Source: Blepharisma stoltei ATCC 30299
Lineage: Eukaryota; Protista; Ciliophora
Reading direction: 5' to 3'
Assembly (NCBI GenBank): GCA_965603825.1
Contig: CBFDEM010000033.1
Coordinates: 682,001 to 746,000, forward strand
DNA: 64,000 nt
A program made the position numbers and the translations under genes. The notes beneath the pieces are model-generated. The model worked only from the letters and a program-made list of their open reading frames with translations, had not been told where the DNA came from and did no database searches. Each line of letters opens with the position of its first letter. Positions within the stretch are counted from its first letter, which is position 1. This document shows positions 35,201 through 47,461 of the stretch, piece by piece.

Positions 35201-38200
35201 GTTTCCAGCCTTAGGCTGGGAGCTTCTGGCGGCTTAATAATTGAAGATTCTGCTTCTGTTTTATAAGCTTCTGTTGTCCGCTTTGGAACATTTTTTAAGT
35301 CAAGCTTAAGAAGTGCTGAGATTGGCTTTTTCGGAACAGATATCGGTGCAAAATCGCTTTCACTTTTTTTCTCTTCAATTTTTTCTTCAGTTTTCTTTTC
35401 TTCTGCCTTCTTTTCTTCTATTGATCTAAATTTCATCTTCACCCTTTCTTTTTCAGCTTGTCTAAGCTCAATGAATCTTTCCCTTCTAAGCGTTATATCG
35501 TATTCTAAGCTGATTTCTCTTGTTAAGAAATCAAGAATTCGATATTGAAAAAATTTTCTTGTTACGTCTGGGGTGCGGTTTCTTGCGTAAGCAAATAGAC
35601 ATCTTAAATGAAGTTTGCACAATTCTTGACAAGCCTTAAAATATGCTGAGGTTTGTGCACTTTCTTGGACAGAAGACATAGAAATGTGGTTTCCTACAGT
35701 TGCATTTAAAAGTGGCTCTTCTTGTACTTGTTTAGGTTTATTATTTGTATAAAGTTTTAAAAATGATATATAGTGAACCCTGATATAGTGTAGGGCATAT
35801 TCTTCATTCCTATAATTCGTGAATCTAGGACTAAACCAATACAGATTTTCCAATAATTCTAAAATAGACCTCGTCACATACAGATTTCTTGGTGGAGGCG
35901 AAAATTGATGCAAATTATTTGGGCTTGCATCATAACTATGCTTATACAAGAATTTGGGAATAATCCCTTTCATTGGAGAAATAAGCCATGCAAAACCTCC
36001 TAAAACTCTGCGGATATTTTCCTTTCAATTTTTTTCTGACGAGTTAAGCTCAGCTGATTTTCTATCCAGCTGCAGTTCATTGACAATTTTTCTTAAAAAT
36101 ATTGAAATGGCATTGTAATATTTTATAGCAGATCTGGCTTCGCTTCTTACATTATCATTGAGCAAGCTTAGTGTAAAAATTTTTGTGCATTCATTCCAGC
36201 TGTCATTTCCTACAAAAACATCATATAAAAGTTTATATGCTTCAACTGTTTGGCTTTGTATCAACAACTGAGAAATAACATCTAAAAAGGCTCCCCCAAG
36301 CTGTCTTGAAGGCCCTCCTACACTTTGGGTTGGGGACCCTGGTCTTGATCCTGGCCATTCTGCATGCTCTAAAAGAGATTTCTTAGTAACCAGCAGCTGC
36401 TCAAATATCAAGTCTACTGTTTGGAAAAAACTTATCCTGCTTCTGCATATTCTCAAATATCTACTCAAAAGCATAAATAGCTCAGTCTCTGCCTCAGCCA
36501 GCTGAGCTTCTGAATAGCTCAACTGTATCCACAGAAGCCTTCTACTAAGTCTATATAGTATCAAGTCAGATTTTTTTCTCAGCCTTTCTTTTGAGCTCAT
36601 ATCTCTTCACCCAACCCCATTAATCCAAAGCGTAGTTTCTCTGTACTGGGCATATGGGTCTTCCATCATCATACTTAGCGCCATTGAGATATTCGGAGAC
36701 CTTCCCTTGGATTTTTTAGGCGAAATTGCTTCATACATCTGAGAGGATGATGTATTCGGCATTACTGTTGCTATAGAAGGCGTTATGGCTTGCCTATGAA
36801 CTGATTCTGTATATTGTGCATAAGCAGTCAACAATGCAAAAATCGCCGTATGCTCAGGAATTAAAAATTCCTCAGTCCTTTTACTTCAGACTTGGAAAAA
36901 GCCGAATTCAAGTCCGCTGCTTTCGTTGCCGAAAAAATAAGAATTTTCATAATTTATGCTGATGTCGCGACGGTCGTCTTTGCGCTCTTCTTGATGAGGA
37001 TGGACACCACGAGGGCTCATGCCTGGGACTGTGTTGCTTGGCTGGACTTCAGCTTCTTCTTTTAAGAACTCTAAGGTTTGAATTTCATTGGAAACCTTTT
37101 CTAATGAGTCTTCGCCAGTACAACACTGCTCTTCTTCATATAATTCGTTCTCGTCATCGCTGAAAGCTCCACTTTCTTGGTTTTTTATTAATAAAGCATT
37201 TTGGTGTCTTGTGTAGTCTGAAGATAAAACATGGGCAAATAGGATGTTAAGAGGGTTTTTGATGAATTGAAGCTCGTTTGGCTCATACATTTGAACAATA
37301 TATAATAGAAATGATAATACCGTTGTGCGATGCCTTTGGGTTGAAGCTTGGCCATGCTTCCCTAAAAATAATAAATTATCACTATTTTTCTGAGCTATAT
37401 GTTGAGGACTGTAAAGTGACGTTAAAGACTGTGATCTCAATTTTTTTTCTTTTTTAGGCTTTTTTTCTATTTTTTCTTTTTTCTTTTCAAATGCATTCCC
37501 AGGAAATGCAGCCAATTTTGCAATTTTTTCTAAATCATTATCTCTTTTCTGGCAAATCAAAGCTGTCAAATCAGCCGTCAAGCAGGCTTCACCCAATTGC
37601 AAAGCTAAATTACAAATAATTTTTGTAGGAGGGACGACTTCGTGATAATTTGTGCTTTCTTCAGCAATATAAGACGTCTCAAAATCAAAAACTTGTGAAG
37701 CATTTGGCTTAGGCGTTTCTTTTCCATATGGACTCGCCATCACTGGACTTTGAATATTTTCCCCCCAAGACCCAGAAAAAGCTGAAACCCTCCCTGATCT
37801 ATAACTTATCGATTTCTGCACATCAGCCCTTTTTGACGACCTATTAGTATCTTGTGGAGGAATATTTAGCACAGGCACAACTGGCGATTTTGGCCTTGTT
37901 TCTTCTACTTTTACTCTTGCAACCCTTCGTAAAGCTCTTGACGACACCGTATGTCCATGAAGTGTAGGAAGCTCCATAAAAAAGCTATCATTTTCTGATA
38001 TAAGTGACCTATTTAACGCAGTGCGGTACTCTACTGGCGCACATTTAGGTGTAGAAGGCTGATGCAGCATTGCACTAAAATCGCTTGCTTTTCTTGAGTG
38101 TTTTTGCTTTAAAGGAGAATGGTCAGCTGGCATTGTCCTAGGCTGCCCACATATTTTTTCTAAAAGACTAACCACAATGCTGGCGGCATCCATATCTTTA

Positions 38201-38637
38201 ATAGTGCTTTTTACCTGGTCAGAGAACAGGAACAGCTTGATAAGAATAACAAACGTATTTGTACACTCTGGGTGGCTTTCTATATGCTGGAAGCACATTT
38301 CAATGACCCTTTCGCTCGCAATTTCGCTTTTATGGCACAGCTTTAAAAGAATCATCCCAATTTTGTCGAGGACTTTGTCAAATTGATTTTTATCACGATG
38401 CCTAGGGTTTTTATTGACTGAACGAGAGCGGGAGTCGTTCTTGAATTTGAAAGTTTTAATTAAATCTTCGCAGATTAATGGGACCAATTTCTCGATAAGC
38501 TGCTCAGTAAAGATGGGAAGACTGTGGCCTTCTATTACAAATTCGTTGAGGTCTGATAATATTTTTTGGAGAATTTGGTAGATGTCACTGATTGAACGGA
38601 ATTCGCCTAAACGATCTAGGAGCATTACACAGTCCAT
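32272..38637 (-). CDS. Large Ser/Thr kinase (~2121 aa) with C-terminal DUSP-like pseudophosphatase and Cys-rich region
   Basis: Five in-frame ORFs are joined by 4 TGA. Kinase motifs: GTGAYGTV, VAIKK, HYDLKCDNV, DFG, GTEYIKSPE, SDIWSLG. These are followed by RITHDVYL..LGITHIV..GRV and CxCxxC/CxxC clusters. Confidence 0.85.
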
Positions 38638-39772
38638 TTTAAATCTTGTTTTAATTATGAAGCAAATTTGTAAGGCATGATAAAGTTGAAGGGTGGTAGG
38701 AAAATATTTTTGTAAGAGATCGAGCTTGTTTATTTAACTTTTAGCATACTATCTAATGCCTAAGACATTTAGAATGAAGCTATCATAGCAATTAGTGATC
38801 ATAGAAAAACATAATCTTACTTTTTGAAACGATTAAACTTTAAAGAAAATTATTGAGTATCTAATTTGCGATATTAAATATTTATGTTTAGATTTTTTTG
38901 AGTATTGATTTAATTCTTTTTCAGATAACGATTTTAATAAGTCCCATAAAATGCATTTTACTTATTTTTATATAACCAAATAAATAAATGCAATTATTAC
39001 ACATTTGCTTACTTCATAGAGAAATATATTTTCTGTTTTTCAAATGTATATTTAATAATCATCAACATTATTAACTGATAAATTAATAAAAATGGTTTTA
39101 TTGCTGTTACAAGATTGATTATAAATAACTGCTTTGTTTATTTGATTATGAAGTTGAGCTCAAAAAGCTAACAATATGACTTTAAATTTAGGCTCACTTT
39201 TGAGCACTTCTAAATGCATATATTGAATTATTTTTGTATATCTTTAGATAAACAATAAATAGACTTTTAAAGATAATTTATGCCAATTTTCTTGCGAAAG
39301 CAGTATTCAACATAATCTTGAAGGAAATATTAATATTGATTATATGAATAAATAATAATTTGTAAAAGGTGTTTATATAATAAAGATTCCGATAAATATA
39401 AAGCGAATTCAATTCTTTATTAATTGTTGCCATATAGGATTTCATTCATTTTCGTCCATTTTTCTTATAATTTGAAAATTATCACACTATCTTGGTGCAA
39501 TAATTCGCCAATACAACTATTTAAAATCTTTTAATCCAAACTATTTTTTTCATTTCTTAAATTATGCTTTTAGCTAGCACTTAGATCAATTATATTCCTA
39601 CCCAAAAAAAGATATAATTTTTTTTTTGAATATTAAAACTTATCAAACCCCAACTATTCTCTAAAACATTTCTTTTTATTCTATTTTCCCTTGCGCCTTT
39701 GCTATAAATCCACCCAAGCCAAGCTTTTTTTGAATTTATTATTCAGTATTACAAACTTTTACTATAAAATTA

Positions 39773-40033
39773 ATGAACGAATGTGAGTCTATAGAGCCTT
39801 GTGGAGATTTAATGCCAATGCCTCCACCTCCTTCGCAGCGACCTTCTATTCTAAAAGTATCATTCCAAGAGGATGCTAATACAAGCAGAAGATCAGACAG
39901 TAGATCGTCCACAGGTGATGGTCACACAGGTCCACACAAAGTTAAATTCTGCAATCCTATGTGCAGCATTATAACATATGAACAAACGACGGTTAAAGTT
40001 ACTGGTTCTAGTTGTACATGTGATATTTTTTAA
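39773..40033 (+). CDS. Small 86-aa protein with SILK/RVxF-like motifs and C-terminal CxC-aaX
   Basis: GC-richer ORF in AT-rich flanks, ATG to TAA. It contains RPSILKVSF and HKVKF and ends CTCDIF. Confidence 0.7.
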   Translation: MNECESIEPCGDLMPMPPPPSQRPSILKVSFQEDANTSRRSDSRSSTGDGHTGPHKVKFCNPMCSIITYEQTTVKVTGSSCTCDIF

Positions 40034-40161
40034 GTTTGCAAAATTTTGTTAATTAATCGTAAGAATTTTTCTTATTCGAGAAAAGGAATTTTACTAAATT
40101 TACGTTAACTTAAATTAATTTTTTGTTTTAAGCCATTAGATAACAAAAAATGATTTAAAAA

Positions 40162-42052
40162 TTATCTAGCTCTTGCGTTATATTCATAGCTATAAACTTT
40201 ATTTTGCTTAGCAAAGTTATAGCCATCCTCAGCGTAGCCTTGGAAAGGAGCAATAAACTGAGGACCTCCACCCATTTCAGGGTCCTCATAGCCTGGGTAT
40301 TTTTGGCCTTTGTCAGGTCTTTTCATAAGATCTGCATATTGGTAATTATTATGAATATTTGGAAGCTGTCTAGCTGACTGATGATTTGAGAAATCGCCGG
40401 ATTCATTAACTGCGTGAGGTATTTCAGGAATTTGCTTTGGAAATAGACTGGCTCTCGCAAATAAGCCTCGACTTTGTCCTCTCTGCATTGGATTTTCATA
40501 AGAAATTTCATGAGAGTACACAGGTTTGGTAGTAATTTTTTTCTTATTGTGGTTTTTTATTTTTGGGCTTGATTTTGTATCTTCTTCTTCATTTATATTA
40601 AACATCGGCTCTTCACTTTTTTTCTTATTCCTAGCCTGTGGGTTTGGCTGTGGATATCCATATTTAATTCCATCCTTACTTCTCTGCCTTTCCAGCTTTA
40701 TTTCGGACTCATTGCTTTGATTTGTAGTAATTGGCATATCAAATTCATTAGGATCTGAAATAAATGGAGAAGCCCTTGTCTTGGATCTTTGGCTGTCCTT
40801 ATTTTGGGTTCCCCGAAGGGTTTTGAGATCAAATTTATTAGGATCAAGCCCTGGAGGGACTGAACCTGAATGATAAGGATCTTTATAATGTGGAGGAGGA
40901 GATGATGACTGATCATCTTTAAGCTTTATATTGGCACGACGGCTGTCAGTTGGGGTAACATTTGTCCCTACATTTGGCTGGTTTTTCAGTTTTGAGGCAA
41001 TTGAGGAAGCTGCTGCTAGGTGGCTGGAAAAGTTTTGCTGAGGATAAACACCAATGCCTGGGCGTCCTCTTGCTTTATTTGACTCGTTTCTGGAGACTAA
41101 TGAAGTAAATGGCCTTTCATCAATGTCTTCTCTTAAGTCTCCAAAAAATGGATGCTGTAGAGATTCAGCAGCACTCATTCTATCATTTGGGTCCATTCTT
41201 AAGAGTCCTTCCATAAAATCCAATGCTAATTTGTTAAGTTTTCCCATGTATCTTCTTTCAAGTGTCTCAATTCTTGAAATTTCAGGGAACTTTAAACCTA
41301 TAAATCTAGGATTTTTTTGGAAAATTTCTTGCTGCTCACTAGTAAGAGAGCCAAGCATTTTCTGAATTAAATATAGCTGGTCTACTTCGTTTTCCCCTGG
41401 AAATAGAGGCTGGCCATCAGTAAGCTCTCCCATTATGCAGCCTATAGCCCACATATCGACAGGTCTGCCATATTCACTGCCTCCTAACAGAAGTTCTGGC
41501 GACCTGTACCATCTAGTAGCTACATAGTCAGTCAGCACCCCTCCTTTCTGAGGCTGAGTTCTTGCAAATCCGAAGTCGCATAGTTTCAATGTTTGGTTTC
41601 TATATAAAACTTACGCTGAAATTAGCAAATTTTCTGGTTTGATATCCCTATGTATCACTTCGTTTCTGTGGCAATATTCTATTGACTTGCAAAGCTGGTA
41701 AATATAGGATCGTATTGTATTTATCTAAGGTAAAAGTTACATCCAGTCCTCCAGCGTTGTCTTCTAAAATTTCCAGTAAATTCCTGTCAACGTACTCGAA
41801 CACAAGGTATAGCTTGCCTTTTCTACGGAAAGCTTCTTTCAGCTGTACAATGTTTTCATGCTTTAACATTCGGAGGATTTTTACCTCGCGGATCGTGGTT
41901 TTGCGAACTGTTTCATCTTCTTCAGAGTCTTTGAATTTTTTAATTGCGACGATTTCACCTGTCTCTTTATTTCTGCATTTTAGTACGACTCCATAAGCGC
42001 CTAAGTAAATTTTACCTTCTCCAACCACTCCCATCACTTCATACTTGTTCAT
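40162..42052 (-). CDS. Cyclin-dependent kinase-like (CDKL5/LF5-like), 3 introns, ~614 aa
   Basis: After splicing: [47 protein letters not shown] and [13 protein letters not shown], then a long disordered tail. Confidence 0.92.
41600..41614 (-). other. 15-nt spliceosomal intron
   Basis: GTAAGTTTTATATAG; removes an in-frame TAA in the kinase domain. Confidence 0.88.
41725..41740 (-). other. 16-nt spliceosomal intron
   Basis: GTAACTTTTACCTTAG; restores the frame into ..[21 protein letters not shown]. Confidence 0.88.
42001..42015 (-). other. 15-nt in-frame, stop-free intron
   Basis: GTAAAATTTACTTAG; removal converts [11 protein letters not shown] into the canonical Gly-loop GEGAYG. Confidence 0.88.
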
Positions 42053-42454
42053 TTTTAAATTTATTGATTAGAAAGATCAGCTGACGACTGAAGATAAAGA
42101 TTCGAAAGTAAAAGCAGAGAAGAAAAATAACTTTTAAATGCAGAAATCAATAGATTAAGCTCAAGAATTAATATGAGGTAAACACTATACGGATATTATA
42201 TAAATATGAACAATTTGTAACTAATAATTTATCAATTTATTAAATCATAAAATTTTTTGGCTGAATTATTCTATCACCAAATTTAGAATCACTTTTCTTG
42301 AATATCAGCATTACTATTCTTATTTTGCTTTACTTTTTTATGTATTTATTCGAAGAAATCTATATATGGTTTAAATAACTAAAACAGTTTGCTAAATTGA
42401 AAAAATAAATTGTTTAAGAATAATTAATGGATTCAATGGATCTCTGAGAGTGTT

Positions 42455-43171
<717 letters not shown>

Positions 43172-43299
43172 CTTTAATTTTTCTTGATAAAAAGATATCA
43201 GTTTCCTGCTAGAAAAATAATATTTTATAATAGTTAAATATAAAAACCTAGAAAATAAATATAATGAAATCTATTTATAACTAACAATTTATAAAGATT

Positions 43300-44493
43300 T
43301 TATTGTTGAATAATATCAGCAAGGTTTTCTTGAAATAAACCGATTTCTTCTCTTAAAATTTGTTCTATTTGAGTACTTGTTTGTTCTGCTTGATTATCTC
43401 GATTCCCAAAGTAATTAAAAAATGAAGAAAACGAAGAAATGGTCAGATTTTTTGTTTCAGGCTTCAAAAATTCCTGGTTGCATAAAGGACATTTAGGATT
43501 ACTATTATTAAGAATCCAAGTTCTTATGCATTTTACATGATGCACATGGCCACATGAAATTTTGCTGCACTTGCTTGAAGGTAGTGATTCCAAACAAATG
43601 CAGCATTTTTCATTGCAATATTTTTGTAAATCATTTTTGCTCATAACTGGGTATTTTTTTAAGAAGCTTTTCATTGAATATATATAATTTCTGAACCTTC
43701 TATACAAATCAATAAATTCAAATGCAAAAATTTGCACTTTCATTATCACAAAAAATTGTATAGGGCTTGTCAGTATCCAATCAGAATACCTAATCGCAAT
43801 ATGCAGTCACCGTACAGTGTTAACTACTATTTCAAATAACTGAAAGCCCATTTCAGTAGGTGACGCTATAGCAGAATTCAGACTTAACTGATATAAAATC
43901 AAAAAGTTTTCTTTTAAAACTAACAGCCCTTCATAATTAACCAGTAAAATCATCATTCACCCAGCGCTATAAAAAAACTTTGAGCTCCCAATCATAAACA
44001 TTAGTCCCATAAACGCTGATATAAAGCTAAATTTCTTTAAATTCCTCACTTGATTATTTGCAAGTCTATGTTTTGCAGTCACACAAATTACCTTGCAAGA
44101 GCAATAATAAAAGCAAATTGTTGCCCAAATCGCGATTTCCATACCAACATAGTTGCTATCACCTATAGAAATGACTACAAATTGTAAAAGCATAGAATCA
44201 TTCATTAGAATTTCATATGCTTTTTTGCTTTCGTTATAAGATAAAGGCCCGTGCAAAACATTGAAAATCAAGTGAGTTGCTGTAGTACAGAAAAACATGA
44301 TGCTGAGGATCATGAAGATGCAAACTGCTGGGCTCGATCTGATAAGGAAAAAGGTCGATGAAAGTCCTGAGCTTAAAAATGATGGGAGTAAGAAAGCTAA
44401 AGCTGTAAATGTAGAAAGCACCAAGCCTGATAGAGAAAAGTTTAAAGTGGAGATAGCTTGCAAACCTGTGTTTAGCGTAGCTGAGAAACGCAT
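43300..44493 (-). CDS. Multi-pass membrane RING-H2 E3 ligase (HRD1/AMFR-like), ~397 aa
   Basis: Hydrophobic N-terminal half with GPLSYNE. TGA(Trp) at 43957 and 43807. RING CCICLE..CGHVHHVKC..W..CPLC. Confidence 0.8.
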
Positions 44494-44782
44494 TGGATTA
44501 TAATTTTTATTATGAAATATTAGCTGGCTGATATAAATTAGCAGACAAATAGAGATTAGAATAATTTATAGATATGTAGCTGATATAAAAATTAACACAA
44601 TGTTAGACTTGTTAAGTCCAAAAATAAAAAATATTATTGTTTATTAAAGAATAAAACAATAGAAAAATTTTTATTTTAAAAAAAGCCTATTTTGAATAAT
44701 TATCTTCTTCATTCCAATTCTCGCTGATTTTAATAATTTTAATCATTCCATTTTGATAAAGAGGATTATATTAATTCCTCAT

Positions 44783-45634
44783 TTAGTTTATTGAGCGCAA
44801 GAATTCCAAAATATAAATTGGTAAGAGCGAGCTGATGAAGAGTTTTCCTACAAAAGGCCAATATCCCACGTAGAATCCCCATATGGATTCTCTATGAAGA
44901 GTTTTGGAAAAGCAGTCTGAGAAGCTTCTGTAAATTTCGTGCCCTTCTTTTTGGATCTGCAGTTTAGTTTTAATGTTGTCAAATGGCAGAGCAAAGATCC
45001 CGCCTGCAAGAGATGCAAATAAAGCTGCCAATGCTTTTACTCCAGTCACATCTCCCCAGTTGTTGGCCAAGAAAGACTTAGTTTGGTCATAGGTGCCGAG
45101 CATGCCAAAAGATAGCATAGATTTATGAAGGGAGTTTGGTAGGGCTCCAGCAAGCATACCGTTCCCAAAAAGACTAGGGACTGAGAGTAGGCCTTTGTAC
45201 TGATATGCCAATTCTGGCGTAAGCACATAACTAGCCTGCATTCTTGTAAGAATCACGTCTAGAGGGTTTAAAAGGAAGGCCATTATAAAGCTAGCGGTCA
45301 TCGCACACACTGTTTTGCTAATAGTCGAAACTGAATGATATCTATCTTGATTTGCTTCGCTTGAGAGGAAATGATGATATATATAGGTTCTCCCAATGCC
45401 GAAAGTGAAAGTTCTTAATAAAGCTGGGCCAAATCCTGTATACAAAGCTGACCATCCTTTTTGGGCGACTGCTGATTGGGCAAGAGGACTGCCTCTTATG
45501 ATCTCAACCTTATTATTCATAGCGCGGATCTGCTGGCTGACTTTCATAAAGTCTAAAGGCTGAGATATAAATAACGAAAGTGTTGTAGCAATGGCTCCTA
45601 CAGTGGCTCGAGTTGATGAGTGAGAGTCAGACAT
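44783..45634 (-). CDS. Mitochondrial carrier (SLC25; 2-oxoglutarate/malate or dicarboxylate carrier-like)
   Basis: Three PxDxxK/T signatures: PLDFMK, PLDVILTRMQ, PFDNIKTKLQ. Confidence 0.9.
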   Translation of the reverse strand: MSDSHSSTRATVGAIATTLSLFISQPLDFMKVSQQIRAMNNKVEIIRGSPLAQSAVAQKGWSALYTGFGPALLRTFTFGIGRTYIYHHFLSSEANQDRYHSVSTISKTVCAMTASFIMAFLLNPLDVILTRMQASYVLTPELAYQYKGLLSVPSLFGNGMLAGALPNSLHKSMLSFGMLGTYDQTKSFLANNWGDVTGVKALAALFASLAGGIFALPFDNIKTKLQIQKEGHEIYRSFSDCFSKTLHRESIWGFYVGYWPFVGKLFISSLLPIYILEFLRSIN

Positions 45635-46251
45635 ATTATTGGTGATTTTTCAAAAAAATTAGAAAATAAAATCTTTTTGGATAGAATTCTATTTTAGAGG
45701 AAATTTTAAATTTTCTATCTGTAGAAGAGATTTAGTTTGCTTAAAATATATTTAAAAAATCAAACTATTGATAAAGATTAGCATTATAAGATGTCCAATG
45801 ATTTGGTTTTTATTTTAAACTAATGGTATCTAATAAAGATTAATTAGGGATTGATATAATAGCAGTTAAGCATAACTTATAAAAATATCTTTTCAAAGAT
45901 TACTTTATTTGGATATCAAAAAAAAAATATTAATCCTCTTTTCTCATATATCATAAACACTTAACAGAAATCAGCCACCCCTATTCCACTTTCTCAATTT
46001 ATGCAGTCAGCAATTTGATAGCTTATCAGTATCGCTAACTTGATTATTAGAATCAGATTTTTCATTTATAGCCCTTTCATATGGCAGCCTATTATTTCTT
46101 ATTCACCAATATACTTTATTTGACTGCCTGTTAAAACCAATCGTTTTAAGCGAGGATTTTTCTTATCTTTCTTTAACGATATGAAATCCTTTCCAGAGAA
46201 CGGCGGCAGCAGAGATAGAGCATGATAATTATTTTATATCTACCAAATAGC

Positions 46252-47010
46252 TTAATTAGCTAGCTGTCTAATTTTATTGCACAATCTTTCCTCCAGATTA
46301 AAATGCTGCATACATCCTAGCGCTTTATTATCCAAGATCCTTTGGCCTTCATTAAAATTGCTTTTTCTAAATTGCTCCATGTAATGGAGAGTTATTTCAG
46401 ATACAATGCTATTTAAATTCACTAAATTCCAGTTTAATTGGCTAACTGCAAAAAGCTCTTCTAATATCTCTACAAGGTGCGGGTAATTATCTATTGAAAT
46501 TTCTCTTCATAAAAGCATATTGAATTTGAATTCAAGAATTTGTAGCGGGTGCTCAAAAGTCCCAAATTTTTCTATTTGCCCATTCAAAAGCAAATGTAGT
46601 CAATCATGTATTTCTTTAATTGATTTTATATCTAAAAAGGATTCACTAAGCTTGTGAGAGAAATCTAAGATAAGTCCTTGAATATCAAGATATGCGTATT
46701 TAGAAAGGTGAAGTAATTTTTTTGCACATTTATGAGCAAGTGCAGGAAAAAAGTTCTGCTGCTTTATGCCGAATTTGAAGAGCATGAAGTTGATATAAAT
46801 TGATATAGAGGTTTGTAAATTCTCGTCGAGGCTGAGCTCGTGGATTTCGCGGTCCAGCTTTTCAAGTGCATCCCAATCAGAAACATCAGCTTTTAAGACT
46901 AGGTTTAGAATGTCTTGTATTTCAGCGACAGATGCGGTTTTAAGTGCTTTTTCAATGTTAGATAAGCAGTGTCTTACTGAAATTAAAATATCTATGGGCA
47001 TGATATCCAT
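46252..47010 (-). CDS. Hypothetical protein (~252 aa)
   Basis: The ORF 46600..47010 extends through two TGA(Trp) codons to TAA at 46252-46254. No recognisable motif, and the 3' end is uncertain. Confidence 0.5.
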
Positions 47011-47461
47011 TTTCTTATTATAGAATCGTGATTCTCGTGGACTTATAAATATTAGAGTATGCTTTATAAGGAACTCAGTATCATAGAACAGAAAATTATA
47101 TAATGTTTATTAGAAATAAAGACTGGCTGATCTAGGCATCTTCATAGCACTTCTCTTGTAAATTGCATTTCAATTGTGATTGAAATGAGAATAAACCTAT
47201 ATAGTAAGTATCAGCTCTTTTTGACATCATTATGCAGAAGTCTAACATGCACATCACATACCTTTATATTAAAATCTTGATTCCTTAAGCCTTCACTATT
47301 GTCCTCTCGATTTAGCCATAATTATTATAAAAACCATTTTATTTATTAAATAATTCTTTAATATAAGGTATTACTTTAGAGCAATGTGAATGAATAATTA
47401 TATTTTGCAAGCATATAAATTTTATTTATAATTAAAATTTATTTCGAAATTCATTATTTAG

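Noticed and set aside
45900-47330. Additional short minus-strand reading frames flanking the 46252-47010 gene
   Set aside because: No consistent start/stop or intron model could be built.
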